Assembly (NCBI RefSeq): GCF_001194135.2
Contig: NC_068990.1
Coordinates: 93,957,380 to 94,021,379, forward strand
Source of the DNA: Octopus bimaculoides
Taxonomy: Eukaryota
Reading direction: 5' to 3'
Length of the DNA: 64,000 nt
Below the pieces are notes generated by a model. It ran no database searches. It saw nothing but the letters and a program-made list of their open reading frames with translations, and was not told where the DNA came from. Positions 40,301 through 53,241 of this stretch are shown in pieces (the stretch's first letter is position 1; each line of letters opens with the position of its first letter). Both the position numbers and the translations under genes were made by a program.

Positions 40301-42208
40301 AGTGCAATGCAGTTAGGTTGAACCCAAAACCACATGAGTGGGAAGTAAACTTCTTAAACACTCAGCCAATTAAAGAAAATCAGTTTTGACAGATTAATTG
40401 TAAAATTCACTTGAAAACATATTTTTAATAAAAAGAAATAATTGGTTTGATGGCAGCAGTTGTTCAATTCCAAATCAGACCTGACAGAGCAGAGAGAATT
40501 ACGATCAAAGCTGGTCCAACCAAGACCATCCTGTCTTTTGGAATTGAGATATAGTCCATCTTAGAACTACACTATCCATATGTTGTTCATTTTTAAGACA
40601 GTAAAATATGATTTAAGGGAGATTTGGCTGTTGCTTCTAGCAGATTATATGAAGAAGTACAAACTTCTTCATTTGGTATAATGGAAGTATTTTTCAGTTT
40701 AATGTTTTCATTTGGGCAAACACTGTTCTTATAGAGTCAGGTGTGATTTTCAGGATAGATGGTTATTATTTCCAGCAGGTCAAGTCACCACATATAGGCT
40801 TCCTTGTTGGCTATAAAAAGAATATATAAACATATGTGGAGTATGCAATTAAAAATATCACTGGTTTGCAAAAACACTTAACTAATTTCATATGGAATTA
40901 TTTCCTTTGATACAGCAAATAGGCATTTTTATTTTTTTTCAAAGAGAGTAATTTGAATCACAAATTATGACTTCAAAAAATGTCTGACTTGATCCCAATA
41001 TTAAAGATCCAGCTACAAAGGTTATACACTGAAATTGTGAATGAATTTAGAGAAACGATTCCACAATTATAAGTATTGCAGACTCCGAGGAATAACTTGT
41101 TATGTAATTCTGATTAATTAATTACTACAGCTGCTTAAATTGGCTCCATGCAAATAACAGCCTCCAACGGCTTAGGACACAAGATACTAACAAGTACTTA
41201 GTCAAGTGTCCAAAAATAGCTGCTTGGTGGCCACCTCATAATCAAGCTTCCTGTTGCTTGATAGGCATCCAAGAGAGAGAGAGGGAGAAATGTTATTGGA
41301 ACAGGTGTAGCTGTGAGGTTGAGAAGTGTGTTTCCCCAACTACATGGTTTCAAGTTCAGTCCCACTGTGTGACACCTTGGGAAAGTGTCTTCTTCTATAG
41401 GCATAGGCTAACCATACATACACTGAAAGAAGCCAGTCATGTAAATGTGTGTGTGTGGGTGGGTGTGCACATGTGCACATATATGTAAACTGTTTGTGTC
41501 TCCTCGTCTTGACATTGCACAATAATTACAAATGAGTGTCGTGGTCATACAAGTGGTGCCCCCTTTGTTTTCAATCTTCCAAAGAGAAATCTACAAAAAA
41601 TTTTGCCTCAATAAATTCCATGTGACTCCTGCAAACAATGATGCTGATGATTTCCAAATAAAACAATATTTGAGAAAGTTTATTTATTCAAACAGAAATT
41701 AAATGATTCTTCATCACTTATGAACAACAGATCAGTTAACACAACCAAAATCCCAAAATAGTCTTTGTTTTTCACTTCATACTGGACAAGTCAATTAGCT
41801 TTCACTTCATTCTAGAATATGGATTTTTGTTTTTTTAATCATTCCTAGATTAGTCTCCAACAAATGTAAATTTAATATGATTATTAATTAATGTTATTGA
41901 TGTCACTAAAATTTAACGAGTGCTTTTTATTTTTATTGGTGTGACAGCAAAACCTTTACATTACCAAGTTATTTGTTCATAGGTCAGACATTCAAGTTTA
42001 TTATTGGTTTTTATTGTGCTGTTGAAATTTGGCACATGTCACCAAATTAACTTTTGTATATCTCTTCACAAACTTGTGTATGCATATTCATATCTTGATT
42101 GGAAGCACAGCAGTAAAAGAAACTTGAAAAGCACCAGATCAAAGTTAATATGTTGGAGAAATAAAGTATTTACAGCAACTATAATGAAAATGCATGCATG
42201 TACATATA

Positions 42209-42455
42209 TCAGGTCATCCCATAAGTTCTGACCCTTTTTAAAATTGAATGAAACTTAATAGTATTTTAGAATATCTAATGGAATTAAAAATTATTTTTAT
42301 GCATTTGTGTACATTTAAACTAATAAAATATTATTTTACAGAATAATAGAATTAAAATTTCTTTGATTAAAACCCTTTCTAACATGGAAGTATCCAAAGA
42401 GCATTTGAGGCACATAATGCTTTATGAGTACAAGAAAGGAAACTCTGCAGCTGAA
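42209..42455 (+). mobile_element. Mariner transposon 5' fragment
   Basis: TA followed by TIR-like tcaggtcatcccataagttctg. ATG at 42384 gives MEVSKEHLRHIMLYEYKKGNSAAE, a mariner transposase N-terminus; interrupted by a SINE. Confidence 0.75.
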
Positions 42456-42799
42456 ATGTGAGAAAGTGGGGAGGACACTCTGTACTTGATTGGTACTTTA
42501 TTTTATTAACATCAGAGTTATGAAAGGCAAAGTTGACTTCATTAGGATTTGAAACCAGAAACTAAAATACTGGACCAAATTCTTCATTTTCTCTAATGTT
42601 TCTATCAAATCTGCCATCATTAAGATGCCATGAAAATATGCAAATAATTTGTTATAGCAAGAAAATAACATTGATTAAACATTTAGGAATAGTCCTTAGA
42701 ACCAGCAGAGTAGCATCATTCTTGTCAGGAAAATAAACTATTTTATTTTGTGTTCAAATTATTTTCTAAGTATGTTGTATACGACATAGGATAGGTGAT

Positions 42800-42846
<47 letters not shown>

Positions 42847-43183
42847 TGTGTGTGTGTCCCCGTGTCCTGCTTGCAACAGAACACAATTAATGGTTAACGA
42901 TGAAATGTTTTTCCATTTCTTATTAGTGAGGTTGTCATCATTGTCACTGGTTTGACATGTTTCCAGTGGTGATCCTGGCTGCACGGATAGACAATACACC
43001 CAACCCCTATACATCCAGGTTTTGTGTCATCGCATCAGAACGGAAAGCCAACTCATTCAGATCTCAGCTAATTATTTCTTCACATGTCTTCCTTCTTGGC
43101 CTTCTTCAACTATTTTCCATTTCTAATTTGCAACACATTTTTATTTTTGTCTCCATTGAGAAAAGGTCTTTCATTTCGTATGA

Positions 43184-43435
43184 GACATGTTTGTATGACA
43201 TGTTTGTATGACATGTTTGTATGACATGTTTGTATGACATGTTTGTATGACATGTTTGTATGACATGTTTGTATGACATGTTTGTATGACATGTTTGTAT
43301 GACATGTTTGTATGACATGTTTGTATGACATGTTTGTATGACATGTTTGTATGACATGTTTGTATGACATGTTTGTATGACATGTTTGTATGACATGTTT
43401 GTATGACATGTTTGTATGACATGTTTGTATGACAT
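43184..43435. repeat. Perfect 13-bp minisatellite (GACATGTTTGTAT)x19
   Basis: 19 identical units from 43184 to 43430 plus a partial GACAT. Confidence 0.97.
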
Positions 43436-43755
43436 TGTCCGTATTAACACATTGCCTTTTATAACCAGTTGCTTTCTCAATTCACTTCTACTCAGTTTTA
43501 GCAGCAACTTAACAACACTGCATACCTGAAGCATCCCCCCCCCCATCTAATCGGTAATAAGTTCCATCCATTTACAATCCCTGTTTAACACATCACAGTT
43601 CTTATCCTAGCAGCTGCTCCTCTCATCCACTTGTCTCAGCCATAGAAACAATGCCAAATCAGACTGGAATCTGGTGCAGCCTTCCAGCATGCCGGCCCTG
43701 GTCAAACCGTCCAACCCATGCCAGCATAGACAATGGACACTAAATGATGATGACT

Positions 43756-44900
43756 CATTGCCAACTTTCATCTTATTGACAGTATCCCTGAACATGACTT
43801 GCACAGCTCTCGCCAACCACTCAACAATACCTCGCTTCTTTATTGACCACCAGGTAAGGGAGTAGAGGGCTCAGTCAAAGACTTTCTCCATATCAACAAA
43901 AGCCAAGGGTACAGAGGTTTATTTTTGGTTAAACAGCTTTCCTGTAGTTGCCTCACCAGGAAGAGAGCATCAGTGGTGCTTCTTCTTGGCACAAAACCAA
44001 ACTGCATCTGATCTAGGCTAGCTCTCTTAATTAACTGAGCTATGACTTTTACCACCTGGTCTAGCAGTTTGATACCTCTAGAATTATTTCTGTCTAAGGT
44101 GTCATCTTTACTATTGTAGCAGCTGACTGTAATGCTGCTACACAGGTTGTTGGTTATGATGACTCCCTTGTGGACAAACTGATTAATGATATGGATGACA
44201 AGTCTATATCCCACACTGCCAGATATTTTAAGCATTTCAGCAGTCATTCCTGATGGGCTGGGCGCTTTCCCTGCTTTCATATCCTTAATTACTTTATCTA
44301 CTAAGCTCCTGTCAATTTGGATAGCTGGTCCCGTTGTTGGCTCCACATTAGGCAGGTCCTCCTTCTTCCATACATTCTCTACATTTATCAACCTTTCAGT
44401 GGCACTTCCGTGCCTCCTTCTTTGCACTGAAAGTGAGCCCTCATCCATGCGAACACACTTCTCTCTTACAACATCTCAGTTTTCTCTCACACACTGTCTT
44501 GCAATCCGAAACACCTCAAGCCTTTGCTCCTCATGCTGCAGAATTTGGCAAACGTCTTCCTTTCTGCTTCTCCCTTGGCTAAGTAAACCTGTTTTCTAGC
44601 TACCTAATGTAGTTCTTTGCTACCACCATTCTTCCAGTCCTGTTTCTTTGCTCCAATGGCTCTGTCTGCTACACCATTCCACTATCACGCCACCCTAGGT
44701 CTGGTCTATGGCATTCAGTAAGTTGTAGGCACTTGCAATTGTCCTCTATGTTACATGTCTGTAACTCCTTGTTCTTGTTAAATGCTTCAATTAGGACATC
44801 TCTAAATCTCTGACATTTGAAAGGATCTTTAAGCTTCTTTTCCAGACTGGTCTGCTTTTTAAAATCCCTTCTAGTCTGAAGTCGCTTATAGTAGAAGGAA
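43756..44900 (-). mobile_element. Degenerate RTE-clade LINE ORF2 fragment (linker plus RT N-terminal part)
   Basis: KAGKAPSPSGMTAEMLK, RGIKLLDQVVKV and MQFGFVPRRSTTDALFLVRQLQE, then frameshifted LAFVDMEKVF. Confidence 0.9.
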
Positions 44901-47877
44901 ATGTTTCACGTAGCAAATACAGATCTCAGAAAAGCATTAACATCTGTAGAGTAGTGAGAAGAGAAAGAAGAGAAACAATGCACAAAGCAACATTTACCAC
45001 CACTCTGGTTGAAATCATGGCAGCGTTATCTATCTTTCGTCCTCTGTGCTATAGGAAATATAACAAGGAATAAAATACTAAGTTGATTTAATCATCCCCT
45101 GGGCCTCTCCTGCCCACCAAAAGCTCAATTTGTGTTTTATCCAAAACAAATCAATATCACAGTATTACAACATCAGAGATCTTTCATAAGTAACGAGAAT
45201 CTTATGCAAATCAAATTTGACCAAACATCCAGAAATTGACTTTCCTGGAAAAAAAAAATTATTTGAATTTTAAGAAAAATTTGCTACAAATTCCATGTCT
45301 TAATCTCACAACTAGAATTATGCATAATTTAATCATAATAAATGAAGACTAACACATCTAATTCCTCCCTTTTCTAGTCACTAGTTGTCTAATAACTATG
45401 CCAAAATAGAAATCTAGGAAAAAAAAACAAACAAACAAAAACAAACAAAAAAAAAACAATGATCATATTAATATCTCTTGACTTAACTACAAGTTTTTCC
45501 GAAAAAAATTTCTATTTTGATATTTTTTTCTTTTTAAACAGGATATATCCATCATAAATTTAAATTAAACTAATCTTGTTATGAAAGATGGATCAAAATG
45601 ATGTGATAACATAAACACAGTCTGTCATCTAATGCTAAAATTCTTATTATTAGTTTTCACTAAATGTGCAGCACAGAACAACCAGCTGTCACTCGTGAAC
45701 GAGCGTGACTTGGTAAAATGTACCAGGTTTCCACTAATTGCTTTTGTTGTCTATGAAGTCAGAAGGAGGTATAGATACACACTTGGCCTCTTTAGAACTG
45801 TCAGGATGTGACATTTGGAGGGAGGAAGGGCAGCATCAGCGCCTTAGCTGGTATTCATTTAAAGCTGATAAGACTGGAAAACATGAAATGAAGTATCTTG
45901 CTCAAGGACACAACAGTACCAATAAGTAACTGTATCATTTTAATATCCTCATGGCTGGAACCGTCAGGGAGATCAATGGAATAAAAGAAATAGGGGTTTC
46001 TAAATTTTGGAAGTGGGTACGTGTCTTATTTTTCATATATACCAGAAGGCATTATTAAACACAAGTATTTCTTAATCGATGAAGGTAACACTGCAGAATG
46101 CAGTAAGTTTACAAACTGCTACCATCATCATCATCATCATCACTACTACAGTCATTGATACTATTATTAATACCACCATCATCATCACTATTTTCTACAG
46201 CAACCACAATCACAATCATCAGCATGATCAGCATAACCATTAATTTATTATCATTGTTATTTATATTCCCACAGCCATTCTCATCATCAGCACCATCATT
46301 GCTTTCATCATGATCAAGATTGTGATTAGTCCTGTCAGCAATAAATGACAGTTAAACCCTTCCAGTCAAATGACCTTAATTACAAAGATGGACAACATAA
46401 TTATAGAGTTTTATTTATGTAATGAAAAAAAAAGGGGGGGGAGACAAAAGACCTCAATAAACAGGGTTAGGGTTAGGGTTAGGGTTAGGGTTAGTAGCAT
46501 GAAATTTATATATTTCAAGATATATTTAAAATCCATCAACTACTGGATGTGTTTCTCTCTATATTTACATAATTTTACATAAACATACAGCCACACCAAA
46601 ATGGTCAAACATTTCAACAGATGGTCAGTTAAGATGATTGATCCTTCTTATTTGCAATAATTTCTTCATATCTCATCATTAAAAAACAAAAAAAAAAAGG
46701 TTTGTTTTTTCTTAATATTCTACAGTTAATCCTTTTGTTAATAGATTTCATGTGAGATACACTTGCCTAGGTTTCAATTAATTTTGAAAATAATGAAGAA
46801 TTTAGCCAAATAACTTTTTTCTTATTAACCTGGTGTTTGAAACAGAAATGAATTTGAAATTTTGATACAAGGCTTTTTTAATAAAGAAACCAAGTATCAT
46901 CGGACAACAGACAATCTCAGGTGGCCATCTCTCCTCTCGCATTACTGTCAACTTATCTCCTCATTTGCCCTCCTCAAATCCTCCGGATCACTTATATTCG
47001 CCTCCCTGCAATTTCAAATTATGCCCTAACTCATTCTTCCCCCATGTTCTCTCCTTTTCCAACAAGGAGAGGACATTTCCTGACTGCAAAAGACCCTTTT
47101 CTGTCCTGCTATCACAGTGTAACCTCTCATCACATGGCATGAAGCCACCTCATTCAGTGGAGGGGGTTTTGTTTGGCAATTTGCTTGGTGACCTCATGAG
47201 TACCAGTGCTACATAAGAGGCACCCACTGCAGTCTTTAAAGTGGCTGGGGTTAAAAAGGGCATCCAGCCATAGAAACTATATCAGAGCAGACATAGGAGC
47301 TAGGTAGAGTCCTTTGGCTTGTTGGTTCCACTGAACTGTCCAACCTATGCCTGCATAGAAAACATTAAACAATGATGATGACTACAAATGCATCGAAAAG
47401 TTCCACAAGAAGACAGAAATAGATGCTGAAGAGGAAGATGAGCTGCTGAGTGGCACATTCTTCAGTTTCCTCTCATCCCCCCCCCCCGCCATCTTTTTAT
47501 ATCTTTTATTTATTTGTGAAAAATAATGGCTAAAGAAACCTGTTTTTACTCTAGCCCAATATTAGCTTAACATCAAAGAAATTAAATATTTTCCACTTTT
47601 TATAATTAAAACAAAAAAGGAGAGGATTAAATATTACAAAAGATATAGGAATGTTTTCTTAAGAAAAATTCTAACAAAAAAAAAAAAAGAAAACTACAAA
47701 ATCAGATATTCTATGAAGTAAAAAGGGTGCTGAACATTAATCTGATAACTGGCAGGAAATTCTAATTTTCATTTTGAACCTATTAATAGGGTGGGTGTGT
47801 GTATATATTGAAAGAGAAAGTTCATTGAGGAGTGTGGAATCATGTTTATTACATAAATATTTGTGTGTGTCTGTGTT

Positions 47878-47923
<46 letters not shown>

Positions 47924-47933
47924 NNNNNNNNNN

Positions 47934-47978
<45 letters not shown>

Positions 47979-48714
47979 AACATTTCTTTTAGATGTGTCT
48001 ATAGCAAGTATGTGTGAATGTAAGTTAAGACAGCTTTTGATGCATGGAGAAAGGCTTGCACCATTAAACTGCAGAAGCCAAGACAGCTTTGCAGATATTT
48101 TTTAATGATGGAATATTAAGTTTCCTTTGAAAGGACTAATAAAGCCAATCATGGATGTATATTAAAATGAGGAAAACATTAATCAAAGTCACTTTTATAG
48201 TTTATGAAGTGCTCAGCTAGATAAACAATACAAATAATAGAATGTATTTTTTACCCCATAGCCAAACCCTTTCCTCTACTTATCTTAGAGGTGGCAAGAA
48301 AATTATTATTATTATTATTAGTATCATTGCAATTCCTCAGAAAACCAAACATTTTAAATTATTATTTTTATACTTTTTTCATGGCACCACAGTTAAGAGT
48401 CTTTTACTACAGCCCTGGACTAATCAAAGTCTTGTGAGTGGATTTGGTAAATGGAAACTGAAAGAAGCTGGTTCTATATGTTTGTGTGTTTGTCCCCCAA
48501 CCCCACCATTTGACAACCAGTGTTAGCCTGTTTACATCCCTGTAATCTAGCAGTTCAGCAAAACAGTACCAATAGAATAAGCACCAGGCTTTCAAAAATA
48601 AGAATTGGGGTTGATTTACTCAACTAAACCCTTGAGGGTGACATCCTAGCATGACTGCAGTCTAATGAATGAAACAAAATATATTACACACACACATACA
48701 CTTCAAAGCAGAGG

Positions 48715-48853
48715 ACACACTGGTTCTGGGTTCAGTCCCACTGTGTGGCACCTTAGACGAGTGTCTTCTACTCTAGCTTCAGGCCAAGCAAAGCTTTGTG
48801 AGTGGATTTCGTAAATAGAAACTGAAAGAAACCAGTCATATATATGCATGTGT

Positions 48854-48889
<36 letters not shown>

Positions 48890-49075
48890 CCCACCACCAC
48901 TTGACAACCAGTGTTAGTGTGTTTATGTCCCCGTAACTTAGAGGTTCAGCAAAAGACACTGACAGAATAAGTACTAGGCTTATAAAAAGTAAGTAATGGG
49001 GTCAATACAGTCGGGTGAAAAAGGTGGTGCCCCAGCATGGCCACAGTCTAACGAGTGAAACAAGTAAAAGATAGT
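48715..49075 (+). mobile_element. tRNA-derived SINE family A (representative copy)
   Basis: GGTTCAGTCCC B-box head, gtcttctactatagc...gtggattt core, internal (TG)n and ...gaaacaagtaaaag end. Related copies near 11010(-), 11672(+), 22670(+), 34265(-), 41305(+), 48380(+), 53330(+), 57310(+), 63505(+). Confidence 0.75.
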
Positions 49076-51601
49076 TGATGTGCTTGACATATTTATAGTC
49101 ACAAGTTGATATTTTGGAGACAAAAACTAACAAAAGGAAACAACTTTCTTGAAGAATTCCAAAAACTTATAATTCAACTCCAAGATTTTGAAGTTGTCTT
49201 TTTTACCTTTTTCACAGGTAACTATTTTAAGTAAATGAATTTTCTTTTTATTATGATTGTAAATTTAATGGATTAAAACTTTATTTCAGCTCTTACATTA
49301 TCTCAGTTGTTGTTACCTGAGGGACTAACACCATAAATTTACAATTTCTAATCAGAAGGTAAACTACAACATCAATGCAATAAAATTATTTTAAGTTGAT
49401 TTATTTTGTTGTCCACCTCACATTCTTAAATCAAACCCAACCGAACTCCAAGTCTTCGCTGGCTTTCTCAAACTGTGTCTGCTGCCTCTACTATGATCTT
49501 AACAATGAACAGGCCATATATTTGCATGACAAGTTCACACTTGCACAGTTAACCTTCCACACACACACACAATGAGCAATGCCTCAAAAGACACAGCAAA
49601 TCTTTACACCATTCTGTTCTCCCAAGTTAATGTGAAACAGCCAAAAGATTGCACAAGGCTAGCTACTCGGCAGTTCTTCGATGCTCCATAATAAGACATT
49701 TCTAAAGCATGTTTCATGATGTGAATGTCCAGGCAGTTTAACTGGGGGGGGGGGGTTACATGTCTTCAGATCATAATGGTTGACAGTTTGGACTGTGTTT
49801 ACTTGTTACTCACTGTCACTCATCTTTGTTACTCACTGTCACTCATCTATGATATTCAAAAAAGCTGATAGTAAGAAGCATGGCTACAATATTGTGTGGT
49901 ATTGAAAACATTAATTTTGAATTAGATAAGAGCATCTTAAAATGAAAGAATAAAATGTTTTTGAGGAGATGAAGAGGTAGAACGAGGGAGTGAAATGGTT
50001 ATTGGAGAGAAGAAAGGATAGAATGAACATGTGATAAGAATGGACGACAAATTCTGGTTGAAGAAAGATCATATCATTCTACTGAATGACGGTAGCCAGA
50101 GAAGGAAGAGGTGAGCAAAGAAAGAAACGGAAGACAGCTGCAGTGAGTTTACAGAGTCAGTATTGAGGGCAATTAACGGGGGGGGGGGGGAATAAGAAAT
50201 CAGATGATAGTAGAAAAGCAATAAACATAAATCTATCCGATTCATGCTAATAAAGTAAATATGAATATTAAACTGTGTATGATAGAAAGAAAGAGACTGA
50301 AAAGTCAAAAGGAGAAAAGACAAAGACAGCAAAAATGAGAGAGAGAGAAGGAGAGAGAGAGAGGGAGAGAAGCAGATTACAAATAATGTAAAAAGATATC
50401 AAATTGCATGGCAGTTTGGAGGGTTGAGAAACAATGAAACAATACTGAGTCATTACATCACTTCTTATACAACATCAAAAACAACAACACTAGTACAAAA
50501 CCCCGCAGCTCATTGGCTGCATCACAATAGATTCAGATGGAAATAATAAAAGTCAATAATTTGACCATAATTGCTTGACCAGTAACCAAAAGTAAAGATT
50601 ATTAATGACTGACCACTGATTTTTGAAGAGTATTATTATAAATATTGTTTACTTGGCAACCAACTTCTAAGAATGTTTTAAGAATCATTTAGGAGAACAT
50701 CTTGGCACAAATAATACACACACACACACCCACACACACAATATTTCTATATTAAAACCTCTGCCCCCTCCCCTCCCCCACCTCTCTTATACAAGAGCAC
50801 CATGTGTTGATTCTCTCTTATCCAGTTATAGTAGTATCAATAGTAACATTATATACCACCACCACCACCACCGCCGCCACCACAGTGGTGAGTAGCTGTT
50901 ATCATAGGCAAGCTGTAAATGTTTACTTCAGAGCTTTCTCTGCTCTTCTTCTTGTTATTGTTTTCAGTAAGCCTCTGATGTAATGCATGAGATGGGGAAG
51001 GGGCAGTGTTATTATTATTATTATTTTTTTTTTTGTTCAGACAAAGGATATTTCCTACAGAGAAACCAATGATAAGGATGACAAATTTAGAACTTCAGTT
51101 CTATTTATAGCAGCTGCTGCTGTTGCAGGTAAAGAGATGCTATTTGCCTATACAGCTATGACTACCATGACTAGTTATTACAACTGTTATGACTACCACC
51201 ACCACCACCACCACCACTGCCGCCGCCACCACCACCACCATCATCATCAGCATCAATTAAGTACTAAGCCTCTGGTTGCTGCCATTACCATAGCATTGTT
51301 CCTGAATAAATCCATGGCAATAGATTGCCGAGCAGCCTTCCTACTGCAGGCGCTGACTGTCCTTGCATTATTGTCAACTCAAGCTTCTCTTACAGCAGCA
51401 GTTTTGCATCAGGACAATGGCATTAGACAGCAGCAGCGGCAGAATGCAAGCAGTAGCAGGTGTACAACTAGTAGAAACTAAAATAACACTTAGGTAGAAA
51501 GCTAGAAAACCATGAATGGCTAAGCGACACCTACACACACACAGAAATAACTAATATACACACTTATCTATGTGGGTGTAAATCAGTTAGCCAATATATA
51601 C

Positions 51602-51641
<40 letters not shown>

Positions 51642-51671
51642 NNNNNNNNNNNNNNNNNNNNNNNNNNNNNN

Positions 51672-51713
<42 letters not shown>

Positions 51714-52387
51714 CCTGGTGAACAGGAAATAAATCAGAAAATACAGATCAGGAGAACTGAAAAATATAATTTTGCCAAAAACAGTTATTTATAAGTAGAG
51801 AAATGATTTTTAAAAAAAATTTGACCAAAATATAAAATAATTTAGCTGGTGCAGCTGGAAGAGTTCAAAGCTGTATCAATATGTGGACATGTTTATAGGC
51901 ACACATATAAACATATGTGTGTATCAAATAAGAATATATATATATATATATAAACAAATAGGAAGAGTTATAATATGGTATTATTGAGAAGATGGTGTAA
52001 TGAGAGATGCTCCAGACTACTTATTTCAGCCTTTTATTTAAATAAGGGAGTTTCATGCTGGGAGCAAATCACACAACAATAAAAAGATGTGTGTATGAGG
52101 CAGTGTGTATCTGTATTTATATATGCGTGTGTGTTCATAAATATTAATATGGTGTTCTTCTTCAATATAAGTTGATTAATTGTAACTACAATGGTTTACA
52201 TAGTAACTATCTCCAAGTATGTCTTGTCAATGACAGGCAGATGGGGGTGGGGGGAACTGTTGTATTGATTACACAACTCTTCTGATCCCTATGCCTCAGT
52301 TGATTAGGCCCCTAATGTAGGAAACTATAGCTTCATAAAAATCTGGTGGCATTTTCTGAACATAACACACAAACTCCTCCTCTAACA

Positions 52388-52422
<35 letters not shown>

Positions 52423-53010
52423 CTACTTTTGTTTCCTTTCTTTTCCCTGCTGTTACAGTTTTGTGTGTGTGTGTATTCCACAGACATCTCATGTTTGGGG
52501 GGGGGGGTTAAGCAGAACAAGTTAATTAGTAAATACACATGCACTAAGAAATGTAATTTTTTCTTCTTCCAAAGTCAAGTTTCATGTGAGTAAACATGGG
52601 TCAATCTTTACTCACGTTCTTCAACAGTCTTCAATCATGTTTTCCAATATTAACTTTACAATTTAAATAAAGGAATGGAAGGGAGGAAACAATTCATGAT
52701 GACTGTTTTCCTTCTGTTTTTTTGTTTGTATGTGAGGAAAAAATGGTTAAGTCAAAAATGAAACAAAATAGTTACATAAGGTGTCTATATTTAGATTACT
52801 GAAATTTATGTTATCTAAGTGATTGAAAAATTTAATGAACTGAAATATTAACATTATTAAGAAACATTTATTTTAGAAACAAACATAAATCTTATTGATT
52901 TGAATTTTGCTGACATCTGGTGTTTGACATTTAAGGAATATTTACAAAATGTTTTCTTTACAGTTCTATATTTAAGAGATGAGGAATTATGTACATTATT
53001 TACATTTGAC

Positions 53011-53083
53011 GGGCGTATGATGTAGTGGTTTAGAGCGTGGGCTACTAACCCCAAGATTCCGAGTTCGATTCCAGGCAGTGACC
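53011..53083 (+). promoter_or_regulatory. tRNA-derived SINE head / internal Pol III promoter (not a functional tRNA)
   Basis: A-box-like TGATGTAGTGG (53018-53028) and B-box GTTCGATTCC (53063-53072) at tRNA spacing. Anticodon-like loop CTACTAA; acceptor and T stems imperfect. Confidence 0.75.
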
Positions 53084-53195
53084 TGAATAATAATAACATC
53101 GAAAAATACCTTAGGAATGAGAACCCAGGTTCGAAACTTCCTCAAGACACNNNNNNNNNNTTAGGAATGAGAACCCAGGTTCGAAACTTCCTCAA

Positions 53196-53241
53196 GACAC
53201 CTGATGAAGGCTGGAGGGTATATCAGCCGAAACGTTGTGTT
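53196..53241 (+). ncRNA. Minimal type I hammerhead ribozyme, intact core
   Basis: Stem I GACAC (53196-53200) / GTGTT (53237-53241). Core CTGATGA (53201-53207) plus an extra A. Stem II GGCTGG (53209-53214) / TCAGCC (53223-53228), then GAAA (53229-53232). Palindromic AACGTT stem III with GUU triplet; predicted cut after 53236. Confidence 0.8.

Noticed and set aside
43184-43435. CRISPR-like array, or coding repeat (MSYKHVIQTCHTN ORFs)
   Set aside because: Contiguous identical units with no spacers, in eukaryotic context; the ORFs are a by-product of the repeat.
53011-53083. Functional tRNA gene (anticodon-like ACT)
   Set aside because: Acceptor, anticodon and T stems do not pair properly, and it is continuous with a repeat body; treated as a SINE head.
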